A stretch of 64,000 nt of DNA from Magallana gigas. Its lineage: Eukaryota. Positions 53,401 to 64,000 of the stretch are shown in pieces. The notes under the pieces were generated by a model. The model did not search any database, had not been told where the DNA came from, and saw only the letters and a program-made list of their open reading frames with translations. Position 1 is the stretch's first letter; every line of letters starts with the position of its first letter. The position numbers were made by a program, and so were the translations under genes. The stretch covers positions 25,234,001 to 25,298,000 of the forward strand of contig NC_088854.1 in NCBI RefSeq assembly GCF_963853765.1. The letters run 5' to 3'.

Positions 53401-54386
53401 TACAGATTTGGCATTAGATAAAAAAAAATTACAGAACTCTATTGTATTCAGTTGAACATAATATTTCTTGCTAAGAAAACTTCTTGAATGAAAGATATGT
53501 TATATAATAACTGGTATTGAAACTCGTCCTCAGTTTAATTATTCCAGCGACCAACCTCTATAAAAAGGCGGTGATTTGTTTGTTCTAAATTTTACGAGAA
53601 TATTAAAGTACATATATTCTAATATCATAATAATAGGTAATAAAATGGAAACAGTTGCATCCATCCATCCATTTCTTGTATACTCCTGATGGAAAAGACA
53701 CATGTATGCTTTCGTTTAAGTGATACAGTTTTTGCAGAAGTATATAGAGAGTCTTGAAGACTTAAATACTGAATATTATATATAATATTTAAATGAGGGC
53801 ATCAAATATTGTCAACAATAAGATGTATTTTTGTTTAAAAATTAGGTAAGAAGAAGTACATATTGGGTGAACATGCCAGTCAGACTGATTGTTCCGTGTT
53901 TGCAATATTATCTCAGATTCACTGGCAGGACTTTGGAGGTGCAGCAAAGAAGGTGTACAAAAGTAAGTGTAAATGTAGGCAGGGTCGTTGTCGGCAGTAA
54001 GTGAAGGGTCAGAAGTTTGCCAAATTGTTAATAATCAGAGAAACTGTACCAAAGTAAGTGTGTACAGTTTGCATAGAGTGTCTGTAAGGATACGCCGATT
54101 GCACGCAAAGGATATATGGTATATGTATCTGCGTCAAGGAAATTTTAACGGAATCTACATGTAGAAATGAAGTCTAAAATGTAAAATAAGCAATGCTATC
54201 TACACTAACAAGACATATTTCTAGATTTCTGATAGATAATAAATACAAAACGGCTTATTTAAATTGATTTTTTTAAAAACAGAATATCCCAATTTGAGCG
54301 CTTACACTGAACGTATGAAGGAGGAGTTCTGGCCAGACTGGGAAGATTGTATTACCCGCGGTGGGACAAGGAAAGCTCCCAAGTGA
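47463..54386 (+). CDS. FAXC: Failed axon connections homolog (FAXC-like; N-terminal membrane anchor plus GST/metaxin fold), copy A, 6 exons, ~287 aa
   Basis: Exons: 47463-47572, 48408-48531, 51523-51725, 52036-52241, 53846-53962, 54283-54386 (864 nt, open). SPFAVKLETYLRMAKVPF, SSKGKFTWIEYNGQEVADSEF, RAIQRMVDEHLYWTL, QGVGRHTEEEV...DLQTLSKLLGKKKYILG...DCSVFA.LSQ and YPNLSAYTERMKEEFWPDW are collinear with FAX/FAXC. Confidence 0.9.
48785..51260. repeat. Intronic tandem duplication A1-spacer-B1-A2-B2
   Basis: A1 (~48785-49500) and A2 (~50183-50868) are visibly diverged. B1 (~49780-50169) and B2 (~50869-51260) are nearly identical. Confidence 0.85.
53058..53340. mobile_element. Long-hairpin element (family H3)
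   Basis: Imperfect inverted repeat 53195-53336 (AATAAGGATTCATTCTTTGAATATTATGAGGTGGTAATTTCGGTC... / ...GACCAAAATTATCACCTCATGATACTCAAAGAATGATTCTTTATT). Same architecture as H1 and H2. Confidence 0.65.
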
Positions 54387-54838
54387 TTGCATGTTGCAAA
54401 ACTGCATCCAGATTAATGTTGAATGACGAATAAATTTTTCTCCTAATGACCATTTTGGTGTGTGATGATACCTGTATTTAAATAAGTTTTCTTTGAATCT
54501 ACTTCAAATTCTCTTTATTATTTTGGTTAAAAATACTGAAAACAAGAAGGACCACCTCGCATAAATCAATTTTATGATACATTACAATCTGATTAAGTAA
54601 TATTGAGAAATAAAATACTGTTTTAATAAATGACGTCTCTTTTACATTAAAGCTTACTTTTCAAATACTTCAGCATGAATGTTAAATTTTCCAGTATAAA
54701 TTACACTTCTTATAATTGACGACATCACTATAATTGTAAAATCATGTGGAGTGAAGAACGAGTGTGTTTTTTTAACTTTTATCACAATGGTTTATATTCT
54801 TGAAACAACAAAAGACAGTGCAACGATTACAATCTTTA

Positions 54839-55156
54839 GGTGGAATAACACACCTGTAAAAAGTCACTCGAATTAACTGTAAATTATCTGATTATGAAAG
54901 ATATAAAGATAAATAATCTATACATATGTTAAATAAGCGAAAAATTTGCAAATTGGGAATAAAAAATGAATATCTAAAAAAATCAATTCAGTAAATAAAT
55001 ACAAAAGTCCCTGCGGGATTCGAACTCGGTATGTACGGATCACAAACCCGACACTTTATCCACTCGGCTATGAAGTAAGTTATATGTTGCCGTCGATAAA
55101 ACAAAATGTCGTTTCAATCAGAGGTCAGCCATTTTGTGACGATGTGTTATTCCACC
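54839..55156. mobile_element. TTAA-type MITE carrying a tRNA-derived module (copy 3)
   Basis: 14-bp TIR GGTGGAATAACACA, flanks TTTA/TTAA. The minus strand at ~55005-55072 reads TAGCCGAGTGG...GTTCGAATCCC. Confidence 0.8.
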
Positions 55157-55189
55157 TTAAATCCTTAATAAACTATTGATACCACAGAT

Positions 55190-55600
55190 TCTAAGAAATC
55201 TGTTTAACATTTGGACATTTTACTAGAAAAAGACGGAATTGGTAATCTAACAACATTTCTATGTGATAAACGTGATGATTTTAATTTTTCCTTCGTTAGA
55301 TTAACTTACTTATGTAGCAATATACCATCATAACCTGTTTATGAGGTTTATGTGTTTCAGCTTATTCGTTATGCAAGAGCATGATCTACATACGAACAAT
55401 TACTTAAACGAGGGAAGCTACTAATAAACAAATTTTCGAAACAAGAATAGCAAGAACTTCGGTTAAAATCATCTTTACGCAAGTTCTATAGTCGATGTAA
55501 TGATCTTGTCTGCAGGTACAATGTTTATTAAGACACATGCTGACTGGCGGTTTTCATACTTGTTAGACCATAATTGATACACCGGACTAACTACGGTTTC
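55190..55600 (+). mobile_element. Penelope-like retroelement RT C-terminal fragment, decayed
   Basis: Translates with stops to HLDILLEKDGIGNLTTFLCDKRDDFNF...YLCSNIPS*PVYEVYVFQLIRYARA*STYEQLLKRGKLLINKF...RLKSSLRKFY. This matches the YDKRDDFNF...SNIP...YGVYISQLIRYARAC signature of Penelope-like elements. Confidence 0.75.
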
Positions 55601-56695
55601 TTTCTTTTTTCATGATCTTTCAATATTTGTAGTCTTTAGCGCAACAGAAACTTGAAATTTGATACTTTGATAGCCCTTATTTCAAGCTATGCTAATTTAC
55701 AGGGCAAATAATATTTCATCATCATATCTATTCACAATTTAGAAATGGCATTCAGAAGAAATGGCAAGGTAGTAGTTTTCATTGTTTTTTAGTGAGAAAA
55801 TAAACTGTCATAGAATGGAAAAATCATTATATATGCTGTCTCTTTAATTTTCATGAAAGGTAGCTCTGGCAAAATGAACTTAATTTCCTATGTAGAATTT
55901 TTCAGAAATTTATTGAGATAAAAGACGCAGTTTCTCTTCATTTTATTCATTGTTTTATATTATCTTAACACCATGGTGTATATATAGTGTTTATTTTTAT
56001 TTTTAATCTAATAATTAATCTAATAATAAATATGATTTAATCTAATAATAATTTAATCATTTTTAATATCAAAATATATTTTTAAGAGTGTGATTTCTAT
56101 CTCATATTATGAATATGTTTATCATCAATTTTTGAAAATATGAAAACCACAAGCAGCATTCAAATGTTTTTTATATATCACAAGTGCTTTTTGACAATGT
56201 TCATTGGAAGAATATTAAAAAAATGTATTTTCTAGCAGATTATAAACCTTAATAATCTTGCTGAAGACAGGTCTTTAAAAAATGCTATATCTAGGATGGT
56301 TTTTGTCACGGTAGATTAAAGGAGCATGTGAACTGATTATAAATGGACCTAAAACAATAATTTAATTAATGATTTAAATTTTAATTGCCGAGAAATGTAC
56401 TTACTGTGAGGTTTTTTTCTTCTCAAGCTTTTCTTGTACAAACAAAACGAACTGAATTACATAATTATCAGTGATGTCATCACGTGTGAACTGAATTACT
56501 CCTTGTCTAGAAGTTGTTTAATGAAGAAGTTTAAACCCTTATCAAAGTCAATTAATTTAACGTGTTAACTGTACATACTATTCTGTTAGATTGGCTAGTA
56601 TAATCATATCCTACATTAAAGCTGAGATAAATTATAAATACGTTTTTATCTTTTATTTCCGACTACCACCATATTTACTCTTACGCTCATCGCTA

Positions 56696-56718
56696 CCCCC
56701 CCCCCCCCCCCCCCCCCC
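56696..56718. repeat. Poly-C tract (C23)
   Basis: Directly visible. Confidence 0.95.
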
Positions 56719-57249
56719 GATATGACCGAGAGAGCACTATTCACCGAGTTCAGGAATTTTGCTCTACTGGACGAAAGACTTGTAAAACCGCGTTTGCAGT
56801 ATCCAATGAAAGACGACTCCAGAATCGTCATCCTTTGCTAGCGAAGATGCTTTGTTTATCTGTGCAAGATCATACGGATACCTTGGAAATTCTTTCAAAG
56901 AATATAACACATCTAACTTTTTATTGACCGTAGTTTTTTTTATTCCGTTTATACAAACATATGACTTCCATGTGAGTTGATGCATTTGGAAGTCCGTGCG
57001 ATCCAAATGGCTATGCGTCGATCAGAAAGCAACTGTTCGGAACTTTCTCAACCGGTATATTTACTATAGTGGCAGTTGAATAGCGGCGGTCGAATCTACA
57101 TGTAATATAGCGACCATATGCTGTTGAGAAAACGTGTCAGCTTTAAACCGCAGTCTGATGAGTTATGACACGAGCAACCCTCCGTAACTTTTTGTAATAT
57201 TAGTGATAAATGTCAGTAGAAAGTGGCAAACCAAAATATGCGTCTCGAA

Positions 57250-59000
57250 ATGGAATTGTTTCTTGAAAACACAATATAAAGAGATTTGCATTACTGGTAT
57301 ATTGGGGATAGTTTGGTTCTGGTTTTTTATTAAAAGGCAGAAGAAGCGAGTAAAGTAAGTAGGAATAGAATTTAAAGTTTAAGTTTGGTGCTGTTCTTAA
57401 GCGTACATGTATGTTCATTTCAGCAGCTTTTACGTACGTATCTGCGCAGTAAATAAAGTTGTCTATTTATTTATACATGTGGGTAAATATGCCTATTCAA
57501 TATGTTGAAAACAATTCGCAAATGACAAAATGTTAAGATCAAGTTATGATTTTATTTGTAATATCATAGAATTAACGTATATAAGTTTATAACAAGGATG
57601 TGAACGTATCAATCGCAACTTCTCGGGCCATTTTTGATAAATCTAAACCTATTTTATAAAATTAAGATCGAAATACAACTTGCTGGATGTTTCGAGAAGN
57701 NNNNNNNNNNNNNNNNNNNNNNNNNNNNNNNNNNNNNNNNNNNNNNNNNNNNNNNNNNNNNNNNNNNNNNNNNNNNNNNNNNNNNNNNNNNNNNNNNNNN
57801 NNNNNNNNNNNNNNNNNNNNNNNNNNNNNNNNNNNNNNNNNNNNNTTTTGTTGCAGCTCATGCACCGATCAAAGAAATCTGGGCCATATTTTAAGCAATT
57901 ATTCAATGTGAATTTGATACATTGAAACTTTCCAGGATCCCCCCCCCCCTTCGAAATCGCGCATGCAGCTGACTGGAGATTTGCCACCTTGTTCAACTTT
58001 CGACAGTTTGTTTAAAATATAGTTTTCCCCTGCAACTGGAAATGTTATTATTTTAAGCAATATCTTTTGCATTAATGTCAACCCTTTATCCCATATATAT
58101 ATACGTAGATGCATAAGGTTTTTTTTTCAAAACATGGAAGGGGAGTATAGTGGGTCGTATCTCTTTTTAAAAATTTTTAAAGGTCAAATTTCACTATGAT
58201 TTATAACACTGTTCCAAGTAAGAATTCATAATCTGTCAATGGCTTAAGAAATGTATGTAATAAATAGAGGAGAACGCATGCATATTTGTTTGATATTTTT
58301 TAAATCAAAGTTGTCCGATTCAAGGTATCTGCCCGACGCTTAATGAACTTGCCCAACATTTTCCGCCATAATGTTACTAGCAATTAGTCAATCGATTTAC
58401 ACGTTCTGGAATCTTCTTCCCATCAAAACTAAAATTAAGCATTCAAAAAAAGAATTAGCTTATTTTATTTCTTCAATTTACTAGTATTTGTTTATTTATA
58501 ACCAAAGTAGACCGATCCAAAGTTATTGCCCGATGCAAGATGAACTTGCCCTACACTTTCTTAAACATTCAACCCGTGATATCGGTGCCTAATCTTGTAA
58601 TAGTGAATGATTTGAAACAAAAAGTTGAAAATATGTCCCGACCTTGAGCTATTCTCATTTAAACAAGTTCAAGGTCACTAAAAGAAAAATGGTGTATCCA
58701 TTATTTTCCGATAGACAAATTCTTGTTATATTTTCTTAATTAAAGTATAATTATTTGTATAATTACCGACAGCGACTCTAGTTATAATTAAATACTTCTA
58801 AAAAAAAATAAAGATTTGTGAAAACAAAACTGTCAGGGCTTGAATAAAGAAAAAAAACTCAATAATTTTCACAAGGACGAATTATCCATCGAACACCATC
58901 GTTCACCTTCAGATCGGCCGAGGGCCTTATGCTTCAAGTAAAACGCCGTTTGCCGTGAAGCTGGAGACCTATTTCCGGATAACTTAAATTCCCATTTATG
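57250..59000 (+). pseudogene. FAXC-like pseudogene (exons 1-2 only)
   Basis: Exon 1 copy 57250-57354 has a deletion that puts the ATG out of frame (TAA at codon 10). Exon 2 copy 58876-59000 has an in-frame TAA at 58985-58987. No exon 3-6 copies were seen before the next paralogue block. Confidence 0.8.
57700..57845. other. Assembly gap (N run)
   Basis: 146 N. Confidence 1.
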
Positions 59001-60000
59001 GTAGACTAGGTATCTTATATATTCCGGATGACAAAAGTCCCATTTTTGGTAGAATAGGTATCTTACATATTCTTTAATCATTTCGATTGCACCTAATGGT
59101 TTAACCATATTTATTATCAATGCATGGAAACTTAAGGAAGATAAGTTTGTATTATATTTTTATTTTAATCTTGATCGATCACTTGACATAACTTGAACGA
59201 TGATTAATTCAGGAAACCAAATATTCTTAATATTTAACATCAATGCTCGTTTTTTACGCATTTGATACAAAGGCAAAAAATCAATATCTAATCATGTCCA
59301 GATATTTGTGCACAAAATTGAGGAGTGCACACACATGACTCCTTTGCGGTATTTAAAGGGGGCTCGGGTGATAATTGTTTATAAAAAGTAAATAAAATCA
59401 ATTTTAAATTTGTTCACCATGATAATAAACTCGCATAGATATATTGCTTATCTGTAATCTGAAACCATCACAAATCAGAATTGGTATAATTATAACCTTA
59501 ACCTTCACCCTTACCCTCTCACCATGTACATGGAGGAACCGATTGCTTGAGCTAGTACTTAATAATCCACATGATAGTACATGTAGCCCTATATTCAGTA
59601 AGTTTGGATGCATAACAGATATATATGGGTTTAATACCCAGTTTACTTAGACATACTTTCTTGTTTAAGTATCAATATGTCAGCGGAAAATGTCATTATA
59701 TATTACCTTTTCTTGTTCTTGAAGATTTGCCCTCCTTTGCTTTTACTCTACATAAAATCAATTGTAAAAAAGTTTCTCCATTACAAAATTTCTTTTTAAT
59801 AGTTTTTCTTTTCCAAATAAATAGATAAGGTGCGAGTGAACTAATAATAACTGGACCTAGAAGAATAATTCAATTAATAATATAAGTTTTTATGGCTGAG
59901 GAATGTACCGACCATAGTGCGAGGTATTTACTGTCTAAAATCAAGCTTTACTTGAACAAATAAAAACTTATGAAAGTGCATACTTTTCTATTAGATTGGC

Positions 60001-60476
60001 TATAGTCTGTCCCAAGATATTTATGCTGCATATTTGAACGATTTTTAATAAAAATACACATACCTGTGACTAAAGTGCAGTTAAAATCGATGAAAGGGAA
60101 AATTCCCAAGATAACTTCATTCACACATTATCATTTTTCCCTCGTAAAAATTCACAGGAACGAAAACAGATTTCCTACGGAGATTTATAATGGGGAATGT
60201 TGACATCTTTTCTCCATTCGGAAATACTCGGGACCCCTCGCGCAATTTTTCAACGCTATAATCCGGGCGTCTTCATCTCCTTGGCAATGGAAAAACCTCG
60301 TAGACTTTTTATTTTTAGCCGTGTACTGATACCTGACAAGCTAGAGGGGGCGTTTCAAAGGGGAACTCTTGGGATTTTTTCATACTATTGAATGAACATC
60401 GTCTCAACCAAGAGGTATTTATAAATATTGAATAATTTAAGAAAATATGCGGCAAAAATATCTTGGGACAGACTAT
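60001..60476. mobile_element. MITE with a TA target (Tc1/mariner-type)
   Basis: 22-bp perfect inverted repeat TATAGTCTGTCCCAAGATATTT at both ends. Its internal segment ~60155-60230 resembles the reverse complement of ~36540-36620. Confidence 0.85.
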
Positions 60477-61049
60477 AATACATTCAAGTTGACATGAATT
60501 TATAAATACGCATTATTTCCCTTCTACATTTGTATCTCCATTTACCGCCTTTTTAGTTGTTGCGCTGATCGCTATACCCTCTTAGATAAGACAGAGAGCA
60601 CTATTTATGCTTCACCACAGGTATTTCATTCACCCAAACACGTTCATTGGACGGAAAGATTTGTAAAAGCACGTTTTAGAAAAAAATATGACAACCACTT
60701 ATCATGAACTGTCAAGAAATATCCAATAAAAGAAGAAACAAAATAGACTGAAATCCAGGGACACACCGTTATATTTAAAAAATTCACGATTTCCTGTGTC
60801 GCACTGTAATAACATTGCACCTGCGCAAACGTACACTCTTTGTAGCAAATCATACAGTGACAGCAGAACTACAGAAAAAGGAGTGTTTTGTAGAAACTTA
60901 TAAAAATATTGTTACTTTCTTGGATTTACTATCACTTATCTACTGGGTTGGATGTAATGGAAACCGACGTCTAGAATAAGATGTAGACCTTAGAATTATT
61001 CACTCTGTATAAACGACACACTTGTTCGATGTGCAAGCGAAGTAACGCA

Positions 61050-61515
61050 GCACAACATTTATTTTCTACGTCGCTTTTAACGCAAGATATGATTGGTTAA
61101 CAAGCCGGGTGTAAATTTCCGTATCACTTTCTGAAGCCGGTTGTAAATAAAATTCGACGTCACAATTCACTTCTTGTTTACATCTTTGGTCAAAATAATT
61201 TAACGTTTAATGAAGTAAGTGATTAAATAATATGTCAAAATCCCAATTTCTTAATAATTTGGCTATTGGTATGAATAATTGATTTTCAGCACGATTTTGA
61301 TTAATATAAATTTTTGGTTCGTTGTATCAAACTTATCTCACTGGTAAAACAATATAATTTTAAAATTTGTATAACATAAGAAATAAATTCGTTATCCAGC
61401 TCCAGCCAAAGATGTACAGGGATTTACCCCGGGTTGTATTCCATTCATATATTGTAAGGAATACAACCCGGGGTAAATCCCCGTACACCCTTGATTGGAC
61501 GTAAATGATTAATAG
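61050..61515. mobile_element. Long-hairpin element (family H4) inserted upstream of FAXC-like copy B
   Basis: 30-bp-arm hairpin at 61413-61487 (1 mismatch). The segment is absent from the homologous block upstream of the pseudogene. Confidence 0.6.
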
Positions 61516-61881
61516 TATCGGTGCAAGATAATGCAGATACCTTGGAAATTCTCTCAAAGAATATAATCTCTTTTACTTTTTTATGATCGTAGATTTATTT
61601 ATTTCCTTGTTTACAAACATATTACTTAAATGTGTAGTTCATGCATTTAGAAGTCCGTGCAGCCTGAATGCGTCGATTGGAAAGCAACCGACCGTAACTT
61701 TCTCGACCCGTATATATACCTCAGTAACAGTTTAGAGGCAGTCGAAACTGTGTATAATGTGTCATCTTTAGGCCGCAGTCTGACGAGTAATGACACGAAC
61801 AAACCTCCATAACTTTATGATGTCGTGTCAGTTATAAATGGCAGTAGAAAAATAGTGGCAAAACATAACCTGTGTCTCAAA

Positions 61882-63462
61882 ATGGACGATATTAAAAGCT
61901 TCTTGAAAACACACTATAAGGAAATCTGCATTACTGCTACAGTGGGGATAGTTTTGGTGAAGGTAATCAAATGGCGGAAGAAACGAGTAAAGTAAGTAAG
62001 AATATAATTTAAAGTACAAGTTTGATGATGTCCTTCAACGTTCTATGTTTCACAAGCTACGTGCAGCTACACGCATTTGATAAAATTCTCTCTCTCTCAT
62101 CTATNNNNNNNNNNNNNNNNNNNNNNNNNNNNNNNNNNNNNNNNNNNNNNNNNNNNNNNNNNNNNNNNNNNNNNNNNNNNNNNNNNNNNNNNNNNNNNNN
62201 NNNNNNNNNNNNNNNNNNNNNNNNNNNNNNNNNNNNNNNNNNNNNNNNNNNNNNNNNNNNNNNNNNNNNNNNNNNNNNNNNNNNNNNNNNNNNNNNNNNN
62301 NNNNNNNNNNNNNNNNNNNNNNNNNNNNNNNNNNNNNNNNNNNNNAAGTACATAGAATGACGTATGCATTTTTTGTGTGCTTCACTTCGCGGGCTTCTGG
62401 TTGTCGATTTTAGACTATTGGTCCTTAAAAGAAGACCGTTATATAAAAACATCGGAAAACATCAAAATTAAAAAGGCAAAATAAATGGATTTTTTTCTTC
62501 CTTAAAAATAGTTAATAGCTAAACAAATCATATTTTAAAAGTTTAGGTTGATCTGATGGTTAATTTGTTGACCAGCCCCCTTAAAATGACCACAATATCT
62601 AACTAAAATCAATTATTTTACCACAGATTAACAATAAATACTTTTAGAGAACAATGAAAGATATATAGGAACAAATTTCTCAATTAGATCTTAGATGACT
62701 CCAAAAATCTCATTACTTTTTACTAGGAAGAATTATCCACCGAACACCATCATTCACCACCAGATCGGCCGAGGACCTTATGCTCCAAGTATAACACCGT
62801 TTGCCGTGAAGCTGGAGACTTATTTACGGATGACAAAAGTCCCATTTATGGTAGTATCTAACATATTCCATAAACACATAAGATCAAAAAATTATACTAC
62901 TACTGCTAAGGGTTTACCCACATTTATAACTGAGGTGCGAAAAGGTACAGTACCGACCAGACATAACCTAACACCAAAGCATACCCCAAAAAGTTGACTC
63001 CGGCCCGGGTCTTCTTTGGGTTTGCACGGGGTCTCCTTTTTAAAAAATTCGGGTATGCTCGGGGTGCGCTCGGGGTCTGCTATGGGTTTACTTGGGGGTC
63101 TGCTATTGATATTTTAAGCCTTTCTTTTACCTCTTACCATACTGCAACCCATTACTTAACCTAATACTCGACTGCGAAAATAATACAATTTGGACAATCC
63201 AACAAAAATAAATTGTGTATTGGTATTTTTTAAACCAAAATATATATTTCCGTTTCCAGAATGAACATGATAGTCTGACCAACAGAAGTTCTAAAGGTAA
63301 ATTGACCTGGATAGAATACAATGGACAAGAAATAGCAGACTCAGAATTCTGTATCAAGTTTATAAACAAAACATTCAACATTGATCTGGATAAAAACTTT
63401 TCTGATGAGGAAATCGGGGCAGGTAGAGCAATCCAAAGGATGGTAGATGAACATCTATACTG
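61882..63462 (+). CDS. FAXC: FAXC-like copy B, exons 1-3 (gene continues beyond the window)
   Basis: Exons: 61882-61991 (MDDIKSFLKTHYKEICITATVGIVLVKVIKWRKKRVK), 62727-62850, 63260-63462. Exon lengths (110/124/203) and phases equal those of copy A, and the frame is open. Confidence 0.85.
62105..62345. other. Assembly gap (N run)
   Basis: 241 N, preceded by a (CT)n run. Confidence 1.
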
Positions 63463-64000
63463 GTAAGGAATGAAGGCGAATGTTTCTTTGTGTCTGTATA
63501 TAACGCATTTCATTTATAGAAGAAAGCTTCGGAAATGTAAAATTTGAATATACTAATATGTAGTAGAGCTTTAAATAAGAGAGACGTAGTAATTTGTTTA
63601 GGTAAAGTTTAATTCGTCATACATTCTTTTTTAATTACACTTTTAATTGTATTCGAATTTGCAGTTTTTAGTATGTGTACTAGTTATAGCATTTTTTGTG
63701 GCTGAGTGACCCCTTTTGTTTTAGAGTTATATATTTTGTAGTCCACTCTTTGTGGGTATTCCAGACGCTTTTGATGTAGTTACATGTAATAATGTGTCTC
63801 TATTTTGCTTCAAAATTAATAATGGCTATGTAATGCATTTCTGTTTTTTATAAAATGTACATTATGGAAACAAACAAGTTTCAATGTTGCCTTGGACGTT
63901 TAAAAAGTTTCAACATAAATTCCATTATTTAAATTAAGGTGGTTGGAAGGTAAAAAATAAATATTCATCACATCTGCCATAAAATTTTGAATATCATAAT

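Noticed and set aside
57634-62452. ORF-track entries containing X runs
   Set aside because: They are artefacts of translating the two N gaps.
1-64000. Prokaryotic or viral system (operon, defence island, endogenous virus)
   Set aside because: All substantial coding sequence is spliced eukaryotic genes or recognisable transposon relics. The recombinase and RT belong to the retrotransposon.

Overview
AT-rich, intron-containing animal DNA. Gene content and repeat types are consistent with a bivalve mollusc, probably an oyster (inference). I reconstructed exon structures by hand from GT/GC-AG junctions and reading-frame continuity. From left to right: LETMD1 (-) head-to-head with HDHD2 (+); VPS26C/DSCR3 (-) head-to-head with a SAXO/FAM154-family gene (+); a 12-exon gene for a ~602-aa secreted protein with four different glycan-binding modules (SUEL, F5/8C, C-type lectin, CBM14 chitin-binding); a decayed Ngaro/DIRS-type tyrosine-recombinase retrotransposon with an SGNH-hydrolase ORF, split by three younger insertions; and a tandem FAXC-like (GST/metaxin-fold) cluster made of one complete gene, one two-exon pseudogene and one gene running off the window. 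Non-coding space holds TIR MITEs (three carrying tRNA-derived modules), long-hairpin elements, hAT, LINE and Penelope fragments, microsatellites and two N gaps. All homology calls come from recalled family motifs, not database searches.
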